Shown: positions 19,169-29,985, counted from the first letter of the stretch. The stretch: DNA of 64,000 bases from Gemmatimonadota bacterium (GCA_003221005.1 QHTZ01000099.1:2829-66828), one strand, 5' to 3'. The notes: generated from the sequence alone by a model not told the origin. Translations and numbers: made by a program.

Positions 19169-20107
19169 TCAAGGCGCGAGGCGAGCGGGCAGGGTGAGGG
19201 CGAGCCGCGCGCCGCCCGGGCCCCAGGCGCGGCGCACGAAGCGGCAGAAGTCGAGCAGCAGACGCGTGTAGGATCGGTATTCGGCTGCGCCGGCCTGCGC
19301 GAGCTCGGGCGCGAGCAACCGGTGCAGACGGGGCAGGTTGTACCACGGCACGCCGGGATAGAGGTGGTGGACCAGATGGTAGTTGAGGTTGCACATGAAG
19401 AACGAGACGAACCTGTTGGAACGCACCGTGCGGGTCACGGCGAAGCGGCCGCCATGCCCTGTGAGGGCATGCTCGGCAAAGGTCCGCACGTTGGTCAGCT
19501 GAAGCGCCACCAGCGCCGGAATGAACCAGACGTGCAAGAGAATCCCGGGCGGCACCAGCGCGAACGCCACCGCGAACGTCATCACGATGAGGACGTACTC
19601 GACGATGATGTCCCGCCGCTCCTCCGGCCGGCCCCGCATTGCGTTGGACGGCCCCACCCGCCACACGCCGAACAACTCCCCAGCTAGGAGCACAAGTAGC
19701 AGCAGCCCGGCGACCACCCGGGGGTCGCGGCTCAGGTTCTCCACCTCGTCCGGATCCCCGGCGCCGCGCTCGTAGCGGTGATGCGGCAGATGGCCCACGC
19801 GGTACGCCGTCACGGAGAGCAGCGCCGGCAGTCCGCACAGGAACGCCACGCCCCGGTTCAACGTGCGATCCCTGAACATGATGCGGTGCACGCCCTCGTG
19901 CATCAGGATCGCGAGGCCCTGCAGCGTCGCGCCGATCAGGAAGTAGCACGCGAGCCGGACGGGGAGCACGGGCACGCTCACAGCCACGAGCCCGCATCCG
20001 GCCCAGATCCCGAGGAAAGCGAGGATCTTCAGGTTCCACCATGGATTGAGCCGGTGCAGCTCGCGGATGTGCCGCTTCTTCTCGACGGAAATGTCCCGCA
20101 GCGTCAT
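19169..20107 (-). CDS. Membrane fatty acid desaturase family protein
   Basis: Three His boxes: HEGVH, HLPHH, HLVHH. Confidence 0.9.
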   Translation of the reverse strand: MTLRDISVEKKRHIRELHRLNPWWNLKILAFLGIWAGCGLVAVSVPVLPVRLACYFLIGATLQGLAILMHEGVHRIMFRDRTLNRGVAFLCGLPALLSVTAYRVGHLPHHRYERGAGDPDEVENLSRDPRVVAGLLLLVLLAGELFGVWRVGPSNAMRGRPEERRDIIVEYVLIVMTFAVAFALVPPGILLHVWFIPALVALQLTNVRTFAEHALTGHGGRFAVTRTVRSNRFVSFFMCNLNYHLVHHLYPGVPWYNLPRLHRLLAPELAQAGAAEYRSYTRLLLDFCRFVRRAWGPGGARLALTLPARLAP

Positions 20108-20985
20108 CACGGCGTTGGCCACTCGTCGGCGGCAATCCGCTCCACCGCCGCTACCACCGCGTCTGGTCGCTCCTCGTACACGAAGTGCCCTACATCCGGC
20201 ACGCTGTCCACGGCGAAGCTCGGCAGCGCCGCGGCAAGCACGGCGACCTCGCGCGGCGGCGGGCCACCCGCGTGCGGCCACGCGCCTACGATGAGCAGGA
20301 CGGGACAATGGATCGCGCCGAGGTGCGGGCGAAGCGCTTCCGGCTCCCGCGCCGCGGCCATCGCGAGGTAGGCCTTGAGTGTGGCGTCCAGGTCTCGCAC
20401 CGCATCGGCCGTGTACCCGGCCACGGTGGCCTCAGTCACCCAGCCTGTATCGCGCGACGCCGCGGTGAGATAGTGGTGAATCTGATTTCGCACCCGTCGC
20501 ACGCCGCCGAACAACTTGATCCACGGGGCGAACTTCATCGCGCGGCGGAACCCCGGCGTGGCAGCCGCCTCGGCGGGCCCGCCCTCGAGGGAGAGGACGG
20601 CGCGCACCAGATCGGGACGCAGGTACGCCAAGCGGTAGGCGATGGCGGCACCCACTGCGTGCGCCACGACGATCGCTCCCTGCACCCCCAGGACGTCGAG
20701 CACGCGCGCAACGCGGCCCGCCTGGGCCGCGAGCGAGTAGTCGGCGCGAGCCGGGCGGGCGGACCCGCCGATCCCGAGCGGCTCGATGACGATCGCCTGG
20801 TAGCCCGCGGCCGTGAGCTGCGGCACGAGGGTGCGGTAGGCGAACGCCGAGCCGAACAAGCCGGGAATGAGCACGACCGGCGTGCCCTGACCGGCCACGG
20901 TCACGCTGAGCGACTCAGCTGGCGCGACGGACACCCGGAGCTCGCCCGTCGTGTCCGCCAGCGCACACAGCAGCAGCATCCACAT
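20107..20985 (-). CDS. Alpha/beta hydrolase fold protein (nucleophile Ser apparently absent)
   Basis: LIPGLFG, PLGIGGS, AHAVGA at the GxSxG position, VGHFVYEE. Confidence 0.85.
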   Translation of the reverse strand: MWMLLLCALADTTGELRVSVAPAESLSVTVAGQGTPVVLIPGLFGSAFAYRTLVPQLTAAGYQAIVIEPLGIGGSARPARADYSLAAQAGRVARVLDVLGVQGAIVVAHAVGAAIAYRLAYLRPDLVRAVLSLEGGPAEAAATPGFRRAMKFAPWIKLFGGVRRVRNQIHHYLTAASRDTGWVTEATVAGYTADAVRDLDATLKAYLAMAAAREPEALRPHLGAIHCPVLLIVGAWPHAGGPPPREVAVLAAALPSFAVDSVPDVGHFVYEERPDAVVAAVERIAADEWPTP

Positions 20986-21107
20986 GCGTCGCTCCTCAGA
21001 CTGCGACGCGCCCATTATGGCGCGACGCGGTCAAGCGGTCGTCAAGGTGAGAGAATGCAAAGAGGGGCACGGACGCGCCGTGCCCCTCAATCAGTGGTGG
21101 GGTGTCT

Positions 21108-22700
21108 CTAGAACCGGCTCGCCACGAGCGTCACGTCCGCGCCCTGCCACGCCTGCCGGAACCGCTGCTCGGCCTGGTCGGCGTCGGCGGTCTTCCCTTG
21201 CGCCCGCAGCGCCTGCAGCAGCCCGAACAGCGCCCAGCCGTTCTCGGGAAATCGCTTGAGGTCTTCCCGGTAGACCTGCTCCGCATCGGCGGGGCGGCCG
21301 GCCCGTAGGAACAGCGCGCCCAGCGAGTGGCGGATGGGATAGTACCAGATGGGCGGCTCGAAGTAGAGGATCCCATCTTCGATGCCTCTGGCCGCCTGGA
21401 AGTGGGTGATGGCTTCGTCGAGCTGCCCCTTCCGCGCGGCGATCTCTCCCATCAGCGCGTGCATCGCGATCTCGAGCACGGGCCTGCCTTCTCCGGTCGC
21501 TGCGGTCGCTGCCTGCTTCACGGCATCGAGCTCGGCCGCTGCTTCAGCCGATTTTCCGGTGGCCGCGAGGGCGACCCCGCGCGCGTAGTGCGCCATCGTA
21601 CTGGCGTAGTGCAGGTCGGTGGGCGGCAGCGGCTGCTGGAGCACGTCGTCCCAGCGGCCGAAGGTCACCAATGTCAGGTCGAGGAAGGGAACGAACGACT
21701 GCACCATCGGCACCTGCCGTGCCACCTGAAGATCGGTCTTCGTCAGGAGCTTCCGGGCGGCATCTATAGCTGTCGCGCTCCGGCCAGCCATCGTTGCCGC
21801 GAAGGACAGGAAGTGCAGGTTGTGCGGGTAGTACCCGATGGGATATACCCCCATCGGACGCTGGTCCTCGATGTAGCTCTCGTCGGTGTGCACCGCGTGC
21901 ACGTTGCTCTCGATGGCGTCGGCATAGCGGCCGACGCGGATGTAGATGTGCGCCGCCATGTGCACCATGTGCCCGTCCCCAGGCATCAGGCCCGCCACGC
22001 GCTCGGCGCAGGCGATGGCTTTCTCCGGGTGGACCGCCTCGACGGCGTGGATGTAGTAGTGGCACGCGCCCGGGTGATTGGGATTGCTCTGCAGCACGCG
22101 CTCGAGCTGGCTGACGATCTCGAGCGTGCCGGGGTACGGCTCGCCCGCGGGCATCTTCCAGTAGTTCCAGGGCCGGAGATCCATCAGGGCTTCCGCGTAC
22201 AGCGTCGCGGCGTCGAGATCGTCGGGAGACTTGCGGACGAGGTCTCCCATGGCGCGCGCGTACGCGGAGTCGAGCGGCGCGCGGTTGGGCGGCGGCGCTG
22301 CCGCGTAGCGCTTCGCTACCGCACGGACGTAGTCGCGCTCGCGCGCGCTGGCCCGCGGCAGATGGGCGAGCGCGTTTTGCGCGGCGGCGTACGCCGCGAC
22401 CCCGCTCGCCGAATCCATTGGCGCGTTCACGTGCGGCCCGTAGGCGAGCGCCTTCCCCCAGTAGCACATCGCGCAATCGGGATCGAGCCGGATCCCCTCG
22501 TTGAAGGCGCGGATCGCCTCGGCGTGGTTGAAGCCGAACACCAGGCGTAAGCCCTGGTCGAAGAACTGTTGGGCTTGCGGAACCTTCGTCGTGATTTCGT
22601 GGTGGTGATTGCCGAGATTGGTGTACAGCGGGACGGTGTCGTGCGTGGCGCGCGGTGCCGACAGGGCCAACGCCAGCAGGGCGCCGAGATGCGCGATCAT
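21108..22700 (-). CDS. Secreted TPR protein with His-rich motifs
   Basis: Signal peptide; FNHAEA, HPGACHYYIHAVE, HMAAHIY, YYPHNLHF, NGWALFGL. Confidence 0.85.
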   Translation of the reverse strand: MIAHLGALLALALSAPRATHDTVPLYTNLGNHHHEITTKVPQAQQFFDQGLRLVFGFNHAEAIRAFNEGIRLDPDCAMCYWGKALAYGPHVNAPMDSASGVAAYAAAQNALAHLPRASARERDYVRAVAKRYAAAPPPNRAPLDSAYARAMGDLVRKSPDDLDAATLYAEALMDLRPWNYWKMPAGEPYPGTLEIVSQLERVLQSNPNHPGACHYYIHAVEAVHPEKAIACAERVAGLMPGDGHMVHMAAHIYIRVGRYADAIESNVHAVHTDESYIEDQRPMGVYPIGYYPHNLHFLSFAATMAGRSATAIDAARKLLTKTDLQVARQVPMVQSFVPFLDLTLVTFGRWDDVLQQPLPPTDLHYASTMAHYARGVALAATGKSAEAAAELDAVKQAATAATGEGRPVLEIAMHALMGEIAARKGQLDEAITHFQAARGIEDGILYFEPPIWYYPIRHSLGALFLRAGRPADAEQVYREDLKRFPENGWALFGLLQALRAQGKTADADQAEQRFRQAWQGADVTLVASRF

Positions 22701-22817
22701 GGCGGAATCCTCCTTCGATCGAGAACCCGGAAGAAGCCCTCTCTTATACTGCGACCGCCAGCTCTTGGCTAGTCTCGAGCCTCGCCTCTCCCCGCGCCCC
22801 GCGCTAGTTTGGCGTTG

Positions 22818-25448
22818 ATGCTGGACGCCCTCGAGTCAGTGCGGGAACGGCTCGCGCCCCACTACGATGTCGTACGCGAAATCGGGGCCGGGGGCATGGC
22901 GCGCGTGTACCTGGCGCTCGAGCAGCACCCCCAGCGGCGCGTCGCGATCAAGGTGCTCGCCCCGGAGCTCGGCAGTCGGCTCCTGCGTGAGCGCTTCCTC
23001 CGTGAAGTGGACCTCTCCTCCAAGCTCAGCCATCCGCACATCGTGCCGATCTTCTCGGCCGGGGAAGCCGGCGGGCTGTTCTACTACGTCATGCCGTACG
23101 TAGAGGGGGAGTCGTTGCGGCTGCGCCTGCTGCGCGAGCGCAAGCTGGCGTTCGAGGACGCCCTTCACATCGCCCGCGACGTCGCGGACGCGCTCGCCTT
23201 CGCGCATGCGCAGGGGGTGATCCACCGCGACATCAAGCCCGAGAACATTCTGCTGTCGGGCGGCCATGCGATCGTCGCCGATTTCGGGATCGCGCGAGCG
23301 ATCAGCGCCGCGGGTGCGCCGGCGCTCACGCAGACGGGGCAGTCCGTCGGCTCCCCCGGCTATATGAGTCCCGAGCAGGCGCTGGGCGTCCAGCTGGACG
23401 CCCGCACCGACATCTACAGTCTCGGGTGCGTGCTGTTCGAAGCGCTCACGGGGGAGCCGCCGGTGCCGAGCCTCGGAGAGCGGCGCATCCGCAACTGGAC
23501 GGCCCTGAAATCGTCCGACGTGCTGCGTCAGGCGGACGCCCCGGTCATGCGAGCGGTCCGGCACGCCATCTCGAGAGCGCTTTCGCCGCTCCCCGACGAT
23601 CGGTTCGCCACGGCGACGGAGTTCGCCGCGGCAGTCGGGGGCACAGGGCACCGGACGAGCGTGCCGACGCGCGGAGTCTTCGCGGGGCGGCGCGGACGGC
23701 GGATCGCGCTCGCCTCGGCGGGGACGCTCGCGCTGCTCGGCGCGGCCGGGGTGCACCTGCTCCGCACCCAAGGCCCCCGGTCCAACGAGCGGCGGGTCGC
23801 GGTGGCGGTGATCGAGAACCACACCGGTGACCGCGCCCTCGACAACCTGGGGTACATGGCGGCGGATTGGGTGACGCAGGGCCTCGCCCAAACGGGGCTG
23901 GTGGAGGTCGTACCGTCCATATCGGTGATGACCTCCTCGCTCGCCCCCACGGAGCACGGGCCCGCTGCCCCACACCTCGACGCCGCCGCGATTCGGGCGC
24001 TCGGCCGCGAGACCAGCGCCGGCACCGTGGTCTGGGGCGCGTACTACCGCCAGGGCGACAGCATCCGCTTCCAGGTCCAGATCTCCGCGGCGGAGGACGG
24101 CAAGGTCCTGCGGGCGCTCGACCCCGTCGCCGGGCCCTTGACTCAACCGCTCACCGCTGTCGAAGCCCTGCGCCAGCGTGTGATGGCCGCGCTCGCGACT
24201 CTGTTCGACTCCCGGCTCAACCGTTGGGCGACGAGCGCCAGTCAACCGCCCAACTTCCAAGCCTACCAGGAGTTCATCGGGGGCCTGGACCGGTTCGTCC
24301 AGTTCGACATGCGTGGGGCGATCGCGCACTTCGAGCGGGCGGCGGCGGTGGATACGACGTTTCGGCTCCCCCTCATCTTCGCCGCGAATGCATACATGAA
24401 TCTCGGACGGTTCGCCGCGGCGGATTCCCTCGCCCACGTTGCCGAGCGGCACTCCGAGCGGCTCGCACCGCTCGACCGATTCTACCTCGCGTGGGTGCTG
24501 GCGATCTGCCGGGGTGATCGAGCTGAGGCGTTCCGGGCTTCGCGCGCGATGGTGAGTGTCGCGCCCGCGTCCGAGGCGCTCTACCTCGTCGCGGAGGACG
24601 CCATGGCGCTTAATCGTCCGCGCGAAGCGGTGAACGCCCTGACCGCGCTCGGTCCCGACCGCGGCTTCACCCGCGGCTGGTGGATATACTGGGACGACCT
24701 GACCGGCGCACTGCATATGCTGGGCGACCATCGGAGCGAGCTCAAGCAAGCGCTCGAAGGGATACGCCGGTTTCCCCACAACCTGCAGATCTTGACCACG
24801 CAGGTCCGAGCCCTCGCGGCGTTGGGCCGAACCGAAGACGTCGGACGCCTGCTCGCGGCCAGCGTGAACTTCTCCCCCGAGCTGGGTTTGACGTCGGCGG
24901 ATGCGATGATGATTGCGGCCGCCGAGCTACGGGCACACGGCTACCCGGCGGCGGCAGACACGGCGCTGGGCCTGGCCCGCAACTGGCTTGCCGGCCGCTC
25001 GCCCGCGGAGTCGGAATCCGACGCGCACCGGTACTGCGTCGCCCTCGTCGCCTACGCTGCGGGACGGCTCGACGACGCCCGGCGCGAATTCGAGCGGCTC
25101 GTGGCGCGTGGGAGCCGTTGGACCGCAGCCACGGCGGGCGACGCGCCCGACCAGATGGACTATCTCGGGTATCTGGGCGCCATCGCCGCGCGCCAGGGAG
25201 ATCGCGGACGTGCACTCCGCGTCGACAGCACGCTCGCGGGCCTGAAGCGGCCCTATCTATTCGGCCAGCACACGATGTGGCGGGCGCGCATCCACGCGCT
25301 CCTCGGTGAGCGGGAGCGGGCGATCGCGCTGTTGTGGGAGGCCCTCGGTCAGGGGTACCCGCACTTCCACGGTCTGCATACGGACCTGGCGTTCGCGTCG
25401 CTGCGGGACTACCCGCCGTTCGAAGAGCTGGTCAAGCCGAAGCCGTAG
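22818..25448 (+). CDS. Ser/Thr protein kinase with TM segment, TolB-N-like region and TPR-like repeats
   Basis: IGAGGMARV, HRDIKPEN, DFG, YMSPE; TM at about aa 300; helical repeat C-terminus. Confidence 0.92.
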   Translation: MLDALESVRERLAPHYDVVREIGAGGMARVYLALEQHPQRRVAIKVLAPELGSRLLRERFLREVDLSSKLSHPHIVPIFSAGEAGGLFYYVMPYVEGESLRLRLLRERKLAFEDALHIARDVADALAFAHAQGVIHRDIKPENILLSGGHAIVADFGIARAISAAGAPALTQTGQSVGSPGYMSPEQALGVQLDARTDIYSLGCVLFEALTGEPPVPSLGERRIRNWTALKSSDVLRQADAPVMRAVRHAISRALSPLPDDRFATATEFAAAVGGTGHRTSVPTRGVFAGRRGRRIALASAGTLALLGAAGVHLLRTQGPRSNERRVAVAVIENHTGDRALDNLGYMAADWVTQGLAQTGLVEVVPSISVMTSSLAPTEHGPAAPHLDAAAIRALGRETSAGTVVWGAYYRQGDSIRFQVQISAAEDGKVLRALDPVAGPLTQPLTAVEALRQRVMAALATLFDSRLNRWATSASQPPNFQAYQEFIGGLDRFVQFDMRGAIAHFERAAAVDTTFRLPLIFAANAYMNLGRFAAADSLAHVAERHSERLAPLDRFYLAWVLAICRGDRAEAFRASRAMVSVAPASEALYLVAEDAMALNRPREAVNALTALGPDRGFTRGWWIYWDDLTGALHMLGDHRSELKQALEGIRRFPHNLQILTTQVRALAALGRTEDVGRLLAASVNFSPELGLTSADAMMIAAAELRAHGYPAAADTALGLARNWLAGRSPAESESDAHRYCVALVAYAAGRLDDARREFERLVARGSRWTAATAGDAPDQMDYLGYLGAIAARQGDRGRALRVDSTLAGLKRPYLFGQHTMWRARIHALLGERERAIALLWEALGQGYPHFHGLHTDLAFASLRDYPPFEELVKPKP

Positions 25449-25462
25449 CTCCCCAGGCAGTC

Positions 25463-27502
25463 CTAATCCGCCGCCTGCCGCTCGGGCGGCGGCTCCTCGT
25501 CCGCGAGCAGCCGGAACGATTTCACGGCATCGCTCAGCTTGTCGGCGGCCTCGGCGAGCCGGTTCGCGGACGCGGCGATCTCTTCAGTCGAGGCGCTCTG
25601 CTGCTCGCTCGACGCCGCGATCTCTTCGGTCGACGCGAGCAGCCCTTCGGTCCCCTGCGCCACGCTGCCGAGCCGGCTCGTGATCTCCTCCACCAGCGCC
25701 CGCACCTCGCCCGTCATTTTCGCGATCTCGCGGCTCCAGGCGTCGTTCGCGGTGGCCTCCGCCGCGACCGTGCCGAGCCCCTGCGCGGCCGTCTGGGCCG
25801 CTTCGCGCGCGGCGGCGCCGCCCTGGGCCAATGCGATGAGGCGCTCGCGCGTAGCGTGAACGCGTGCCAGCACACCGCGCACCATGTCTGCGGTCTCGCC
25901 GGCCGCCGCGGCGGCCACCGAGGCAAGCTTTCGCACCTCGTCCGCCACCACCGCGAAGCCGCGGCCCTGCGGGCCGGCCCGCGCGGCTTCGATGGCGGCG
26001 TTGAGCGCGAGCATGTTGGTCTGCGTGGCCACCGTCTTGGCTTGGGTTACGAACTTCTGAATCTCACCCGACGCCGTCGCGAGGGCGTCGGCCTCCTCCG
26101 CGCCTCGCGCGACCTCGTCGGCGAGCTTGGAGAGCTGAGCAGTGCTCTGATCGAGCACCTCCTTGTTCTTGCGGGCGAGCGTCGCGAGGTTGGTGTTGCG
26201 GCGCACCGAGTCTTCAGCGCCCGCGGCGAGGATGGTGAGGATTTGCAGGATCTTCGCCGTGTCGTCCGCCGCCGCACGGACCAGCTGGGCCTGCTCCGCG
26301 GCGCGGCGCGACAGATCCTGGCAGGTCGCGGACATCTCCTGGGTGGAGGCGCTCATCTGCTCGGTCGACGCCGAGATCTGCGCCGCCATCGCAGCTGCCT
26401 CGTCCGCCGCGCCCCGGATCGCCCCTACGAGGCGCCGCAGCGCAACCACCATCGAGTGAACCGAGGACAGCAGGTCTCCCACCTCGCTCGACCCGGTGCG
26501 GTGCGTCACGACGGTGACCGAGAGATCGCCACCCGCCACGCGACTCGCTACCGCCCCCGCGGCCCGCACCGGCTCGGTCACACGTTCCGTGACCCAGGTG
26601 CCCAGGCGCCACACGAGTAATAGGGCGAGGACGAGCAGCGCCGCCGCACCGAGCCAGATCGTGTGCAGGGTCGACTGCACGGCGGCGTAGGCGCGACTGG
26701 TGGGTTGTCGGAACAGCACCCACCATTTTCCCTGGTTCGCGGGCGCAGAAACCACCAGCTCCGGGCCGCGGCTCGTGCGCACGACCAGGGTCACCGGCCG
26801 CTCCTCGCGGGGGATCGCCTGCTCCTGCGCGCCCGGCTCCGGCTGAGCCCGGTTGGGCGTCGCGATCACGTGGCCCATGTCGTCCACCAGCTCGAGGTAG
26901 GCGCCGTCACCCAGATCTGAGGTGGCGAGGAGCTGGCCCAGGCGGTCGAGCGCGACCCCCGCGCGCAGCACGCCTGCGGGGCGGGCCGCACCGGGCGCGC
27001 GCACCGCCACCGCGTACTCGACCGCCGAGCCGGACCGCGACGAATCCCCGGGACTGTAGCCCTCGAACGCCCCGTCGCGCAGCGCCGCCTGCCACCAGAC
27101 TTCCTGCTGATAGGTGCCGAGCCCCAGCCTGCCGGTCGACGCGACGACGCCGACGCCGTGGCTATTCGTGAGCACGAGCTCCGCGATGTCGGAGCGCTGC
27201 GGATAGTCCCGGAGGAAGACGGCGAGCTGCGGGTCAGCGCTCGCGGCATCGCGGGCCGCCGTGACGACGAGCGGCGAGCGCGCCAGCACGTCCACCTCGT
27301 GACGGCGCTCGCGCATGTAGCTCGACGCCAGCGTGGCGACGCGTGTGGCGATTTCGCGTCCCCGCGCGTTCGCCAGGCGCTCGAGGGTGCCGCGCGCGTT
27401 CTGGCCGCCCACCAGGGCGACGCCGACCGCGAGCGACACGGCGGCTGCCACTCCCGCGAGGAGCAGGCTCGACCGCAGACGCTGGTGCGACGACGTCGCC
27501 AT
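25463..27502 (-). CDS. Methyl-accepting chemotaxis protein (Cache-HAMP-MCP)
   Basis: [32 protein letters not shown]; two TM segments and a HAMP region. Confidence 0.95.
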   Translation of the reverse strand: MATSSHQRLRSSLLLAGVAAAVSLAVGVALVGGQNARGTLERLANARGREIATRVATLASSYMRERRHEVDVLARSPLVVTAARDAASADPQLAVFLRDYPQRSDIAELVLTNSHGVGVVASTGRLGLGTYQQEVWWQAALRDGAFEGYSPGDSSRSGSAVEYAVAVRAPGAARPAGVLRAGVALDRLGQLLATSDLGDGAYLELVDDMGHVIATPNRAQPEPGAQEQAIPREERPVTLVVRTSRGPELVVSAPANQGKWWVLFRQPTSRAYAAVQSTLHTIWLGAAALLVLALLLVWRLGTWVTERVTEPVRAAGAVASRVAGGDLSVTVVTHRTGSSEVGDLLSSVHSMVVALRRLVGAIRGAADEAAAMAAQISASTEQMSASTQEMSATCQDLSRRAAEQAQLVRAAADDTAKILQILTILAAGAEDSVRRNTNLATLARKNKEVLDQSTAQLSKLADEVARGAEEADALATASGEIQKFVTQAKTVATQTNMLALNAAIEAARAGPQGRGFAVVADEVRKLASVAAAAAGETADMVRGVLARVHATRERLIALAQGGAAAREAAQTAAQGLGTVAAEATANDAWSREIAKMTGEVRALVEEITSRLGSVAQGTEGLLASTEEIAASSEQQSASTEEIAASANRLAEAADKLSDAVKSFRLLADEEPPPERQAAD

Positions 27503-27570
27503 GTGGGGTTGGAGGGGCTAAGGTAGGGATGGTTACACACCGGGGCAAGTCCGTTTAATTTCAGGCACTT

Positions 27571-29985
27571 ATGGGAAGCATCCCGACCTACGACCCCGCC
27601 GCCGTCGAGGCCGCGTGGCAAGAGCGCTGGGCCCAAAACCACACCAACGAGCCCGACCTCGACCACCCGTCACGGCCATTCTACAACCTCATGATGTTCC
27701 CGTACCCGTCGGCCGAGGGGCTGCACGTTGGGAATATGTTCGCGTTTACGGGCGCCGACATTTATGGGCGGTTCCAGCGGCTCCATGGTCACGACGTGTT
27801 CGAGCCGATCGGGTTCGACGCGTTCGGGATCCACTCCGAGAACTACGCGCTGAGCATCGGGGCGCACCCGGCGCGGCTAATTCCTGAGAACATCGAGACG
27901 TTCCGCCGCCAGCTCAAGCGCTTCGGCGCCATGTTCGACTGGCGGCAGGAGCTCTCCACGATTGACCCGCGCTACTACAAGTGGACCCAGTGGATCTTCC
28001 TCCAGCTCTTCAACGCCGGACTCGCCTTCCGCAAGAGGGCGGCGGTGAACTGGTGCCCCGTGTGCAAGACGGTGCTCGCGAACGAGCAGGTGATCAACGG
28101 CTACTGCGAGCGACATCCGGACGTGAAGGTCGAGCAGCGGTTCCTCGAGCAATGGTTCTTCGCCATCACGCGCTACGCCGAGCGGCTGCTCGGGAATCTG
28201 GACCGGCTCGACTGGCCGGAGAGCACGATCGCGATGCAGCGGAACTGGATCGGGCGAAGCGAGGGTGCGGAGCTCGTGTTCGAGACGCCCGCCGGCCAGA
28301 AGATCACCGTGTTCACCACCCGGCCCGACACCGTGTTCGGGGCGACCTACTTGGTGCTGGCCCCGGAGCATCCGCTGGTCGATGCGCTCACCGCCGTCGA
28401 GCAGCAGCCGGCGGTGCGCGCGTACCAGCGCGAGGTCGCGGCCAAGGACATCGTCTCGCGCAAGGTGGGGGACAAGACGAAGACCGGGGTGTTCCTCGGC
28501 TCGTACGCCCGCAATCCGGCCACGGGCGAGGCGATCCCGATCTGGATCGCGGACTACGTCCTGATGGAGTACGGGACCGGCGCGATCATGGCCGTCCCCG
28601 CGCACGACGGGCGGGACTTCGAGTTCGCGACCCAGTTCCGCCTCCCGATCGTGCAGGTGGTGCGGCGAGACGGGGAGGCGCTCCCCTTCGAATCGCTGGA
28701 CGGCGTTCTCACGGCTTCCGGGCCGTTCGACGGGCTCCCCGCGGCCGAGGGCGGGAAGCGGATCGTCGCTTGGCTCGCCGGGCGGGGGCTGGGCACGCCG
28801 CGCGTGCAGTACCGGCTGCACGACTGGTGCATCTCGCGGCAGCGCTACTGGGGGCCGCCGATCCCGATCATCCACTGCGAGCGGTGCGGGCCCGTCGGGG
28901 TGCCGGAGCGGGATCTCCCGGTCGAGCTCCCCCTGATCGAGGACTTCCGCCCCGACGACACGGGCGTGAGCCCGCTGGCGCGCCACCGCGAGTGGTACTT
29001 CGTGAAGTGCCCCAAGTGCGGCGCCGCAGGGCGGCGCGAGACCGACGTCTCGGACACGTTCCTTGACTCGGCGTGGTACTTCCTCCGCTACCCCTCCACC
29101 GACGAGGACGGCCGGCCGTGGGATCCGCGCCGCACTAAGACGTGGCTTCCCGTGAGTACCTACATCGGGGGCAACGAGCACGCGGTGCTGCATCTCTTGT
29201 ATTCGCGGTTCATCACGATGGTGCTGCGGGACCTCGGGCACCTTGAGTTCGAGGAGCCGTTCCCCAAGCTGCGCGCCCACGGGCTCATCATCAAGGACGG
29301 CGCGAAGATGTCCAAGTCGCGCGGCAACGTGGTGATCCCGGACGCCTACATCCAGAAGTGGGGCGCCGACGCCTTCCGCATGTATCTCATGTTTCTAGGG
29401 CCTTTCCAGGAAGGCGGCGACTTCCGGGACGAGGGGATTACGGGCGTCCGTCGCTTCCTGGACAAGGTGTGGACACTCGTGTACGACGCGGCCGGCGCGC
29501 CGCCGCAGCCCGTCCCGCTCCCGCCGGCCGTGGATCGCAAGCTGCACCAAACCATCCACAAGGTCACCGTGGACACGGAGCGGCTTGACTACAATACCGC
29601 CATCGCCGCGATGATGGAGTACGTCAACGAATTGCGGAATGCGGAATGCGGAATGCGGAATGCCGTGGAGCCGCTAGTAGTGATGCTCGCTCCGTACGCG
29701 CCGCACGTGGCGGAAGAGCTGTGGCAACGGCTCGGACACGACACTTCGGTGTTCGACGCCGACTGGCCCGCCTACGACGCGCGGCTCGCGGCGTCGGGGG
29801 ACGTCGAGATCGCGGTGCAAGTGAACGGCAAGGTGCGTGCGCGACTCACCGTTGCCCGGGGCCTCGACGAAGCCCAGGTCCGGGCGATCGCCCTGAAAGA
29901 CGACACCGTGCGCAAGTTCGTGGATGGGAAAGCGGTGAAGAAGACGATCTACGTGCAGGATCGGCTGCTGAATCTCGTGGTGTAA
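27571..29985 (+). CDS. leuS: Leucine--tRNA ligase
   Basis: MFPYPSAEGLHVGN (HIGH), FTTRPDT, GTGAIMAVPAHD, SRQRYWG, KMSKS. Confidence 0.98.
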   Translation: MGSIPTYDPAAVEAAWQERWAQNHTNEPDLDHPSRPFYNLMMFPYPSAEGLHVGNMFAFTGADIYGRFQRLHGHDVFEPIGFDAFGIHSENYALSIGAHPARLIPENIETFRRQLKRFGAMFDWRQELSTIDPRYYKWTQWIFLQLFNAGLAFRKRAAVNWCPVCKTVLANEQVINGYCERHPDVKVEQRFLEQWFFAITRYAERLLGNLDRLDWPESTIAMQRNWIGRSEGAELVFETPAGQKITVFTTRPDTVFGATYLVLAPEHPLVDALTAVEQQPAVRAYQREVAAKDIVSRKVGDKTKTGVFLGSYARNPATGEAIPIWIADYVLMEYGTGAIMAVPAHDGRDFEFATQFRLPIVQVVRRDGEALPFESLDGVLTASGPFDGLPAAEGGKRIVAWLAGRGLGTPRVQYRLHDWCISRQRYWGPPIPIIHCERCGPVGVPERDLPVELPLIEDFRPDDTGVSPLARHREWYFVKCPKCGAAGRRETDVSDTFLDSAWYFLRYPSTDEDGRPWDPRRTKTWLPVSTYIGGNEHAVLHLLYSRFITMVLRDLGHLEFEEPFPKLRAHGLIIKDGAKMSKSRGNVVIPDAYIQKWGADAFRMYLMFLGPFQEGGDFRDEGITGVRRFLDKVWTLVYDAAGAPPQPVPLPPAVDRKLHQTIHKVTVDTERLDYNTAIAAMMEYVNELRNAECGMRNAVEPLVVMLAPYAPHVAEELWQRLGHDTSVFDADWPAYDARLAASGDVEIAVQVNGKVRARLTVARGLDEAQVRAIALKDDTVRKFVDGKAVKKTIYVQDRLLNLVV
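29633..29660 (+). repeat. 4 x TGCGGAA heptamer inside leuS
   Basis: Perfect tandem repeat encoding LRNAECGMRNA. Confidence 0.9.
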
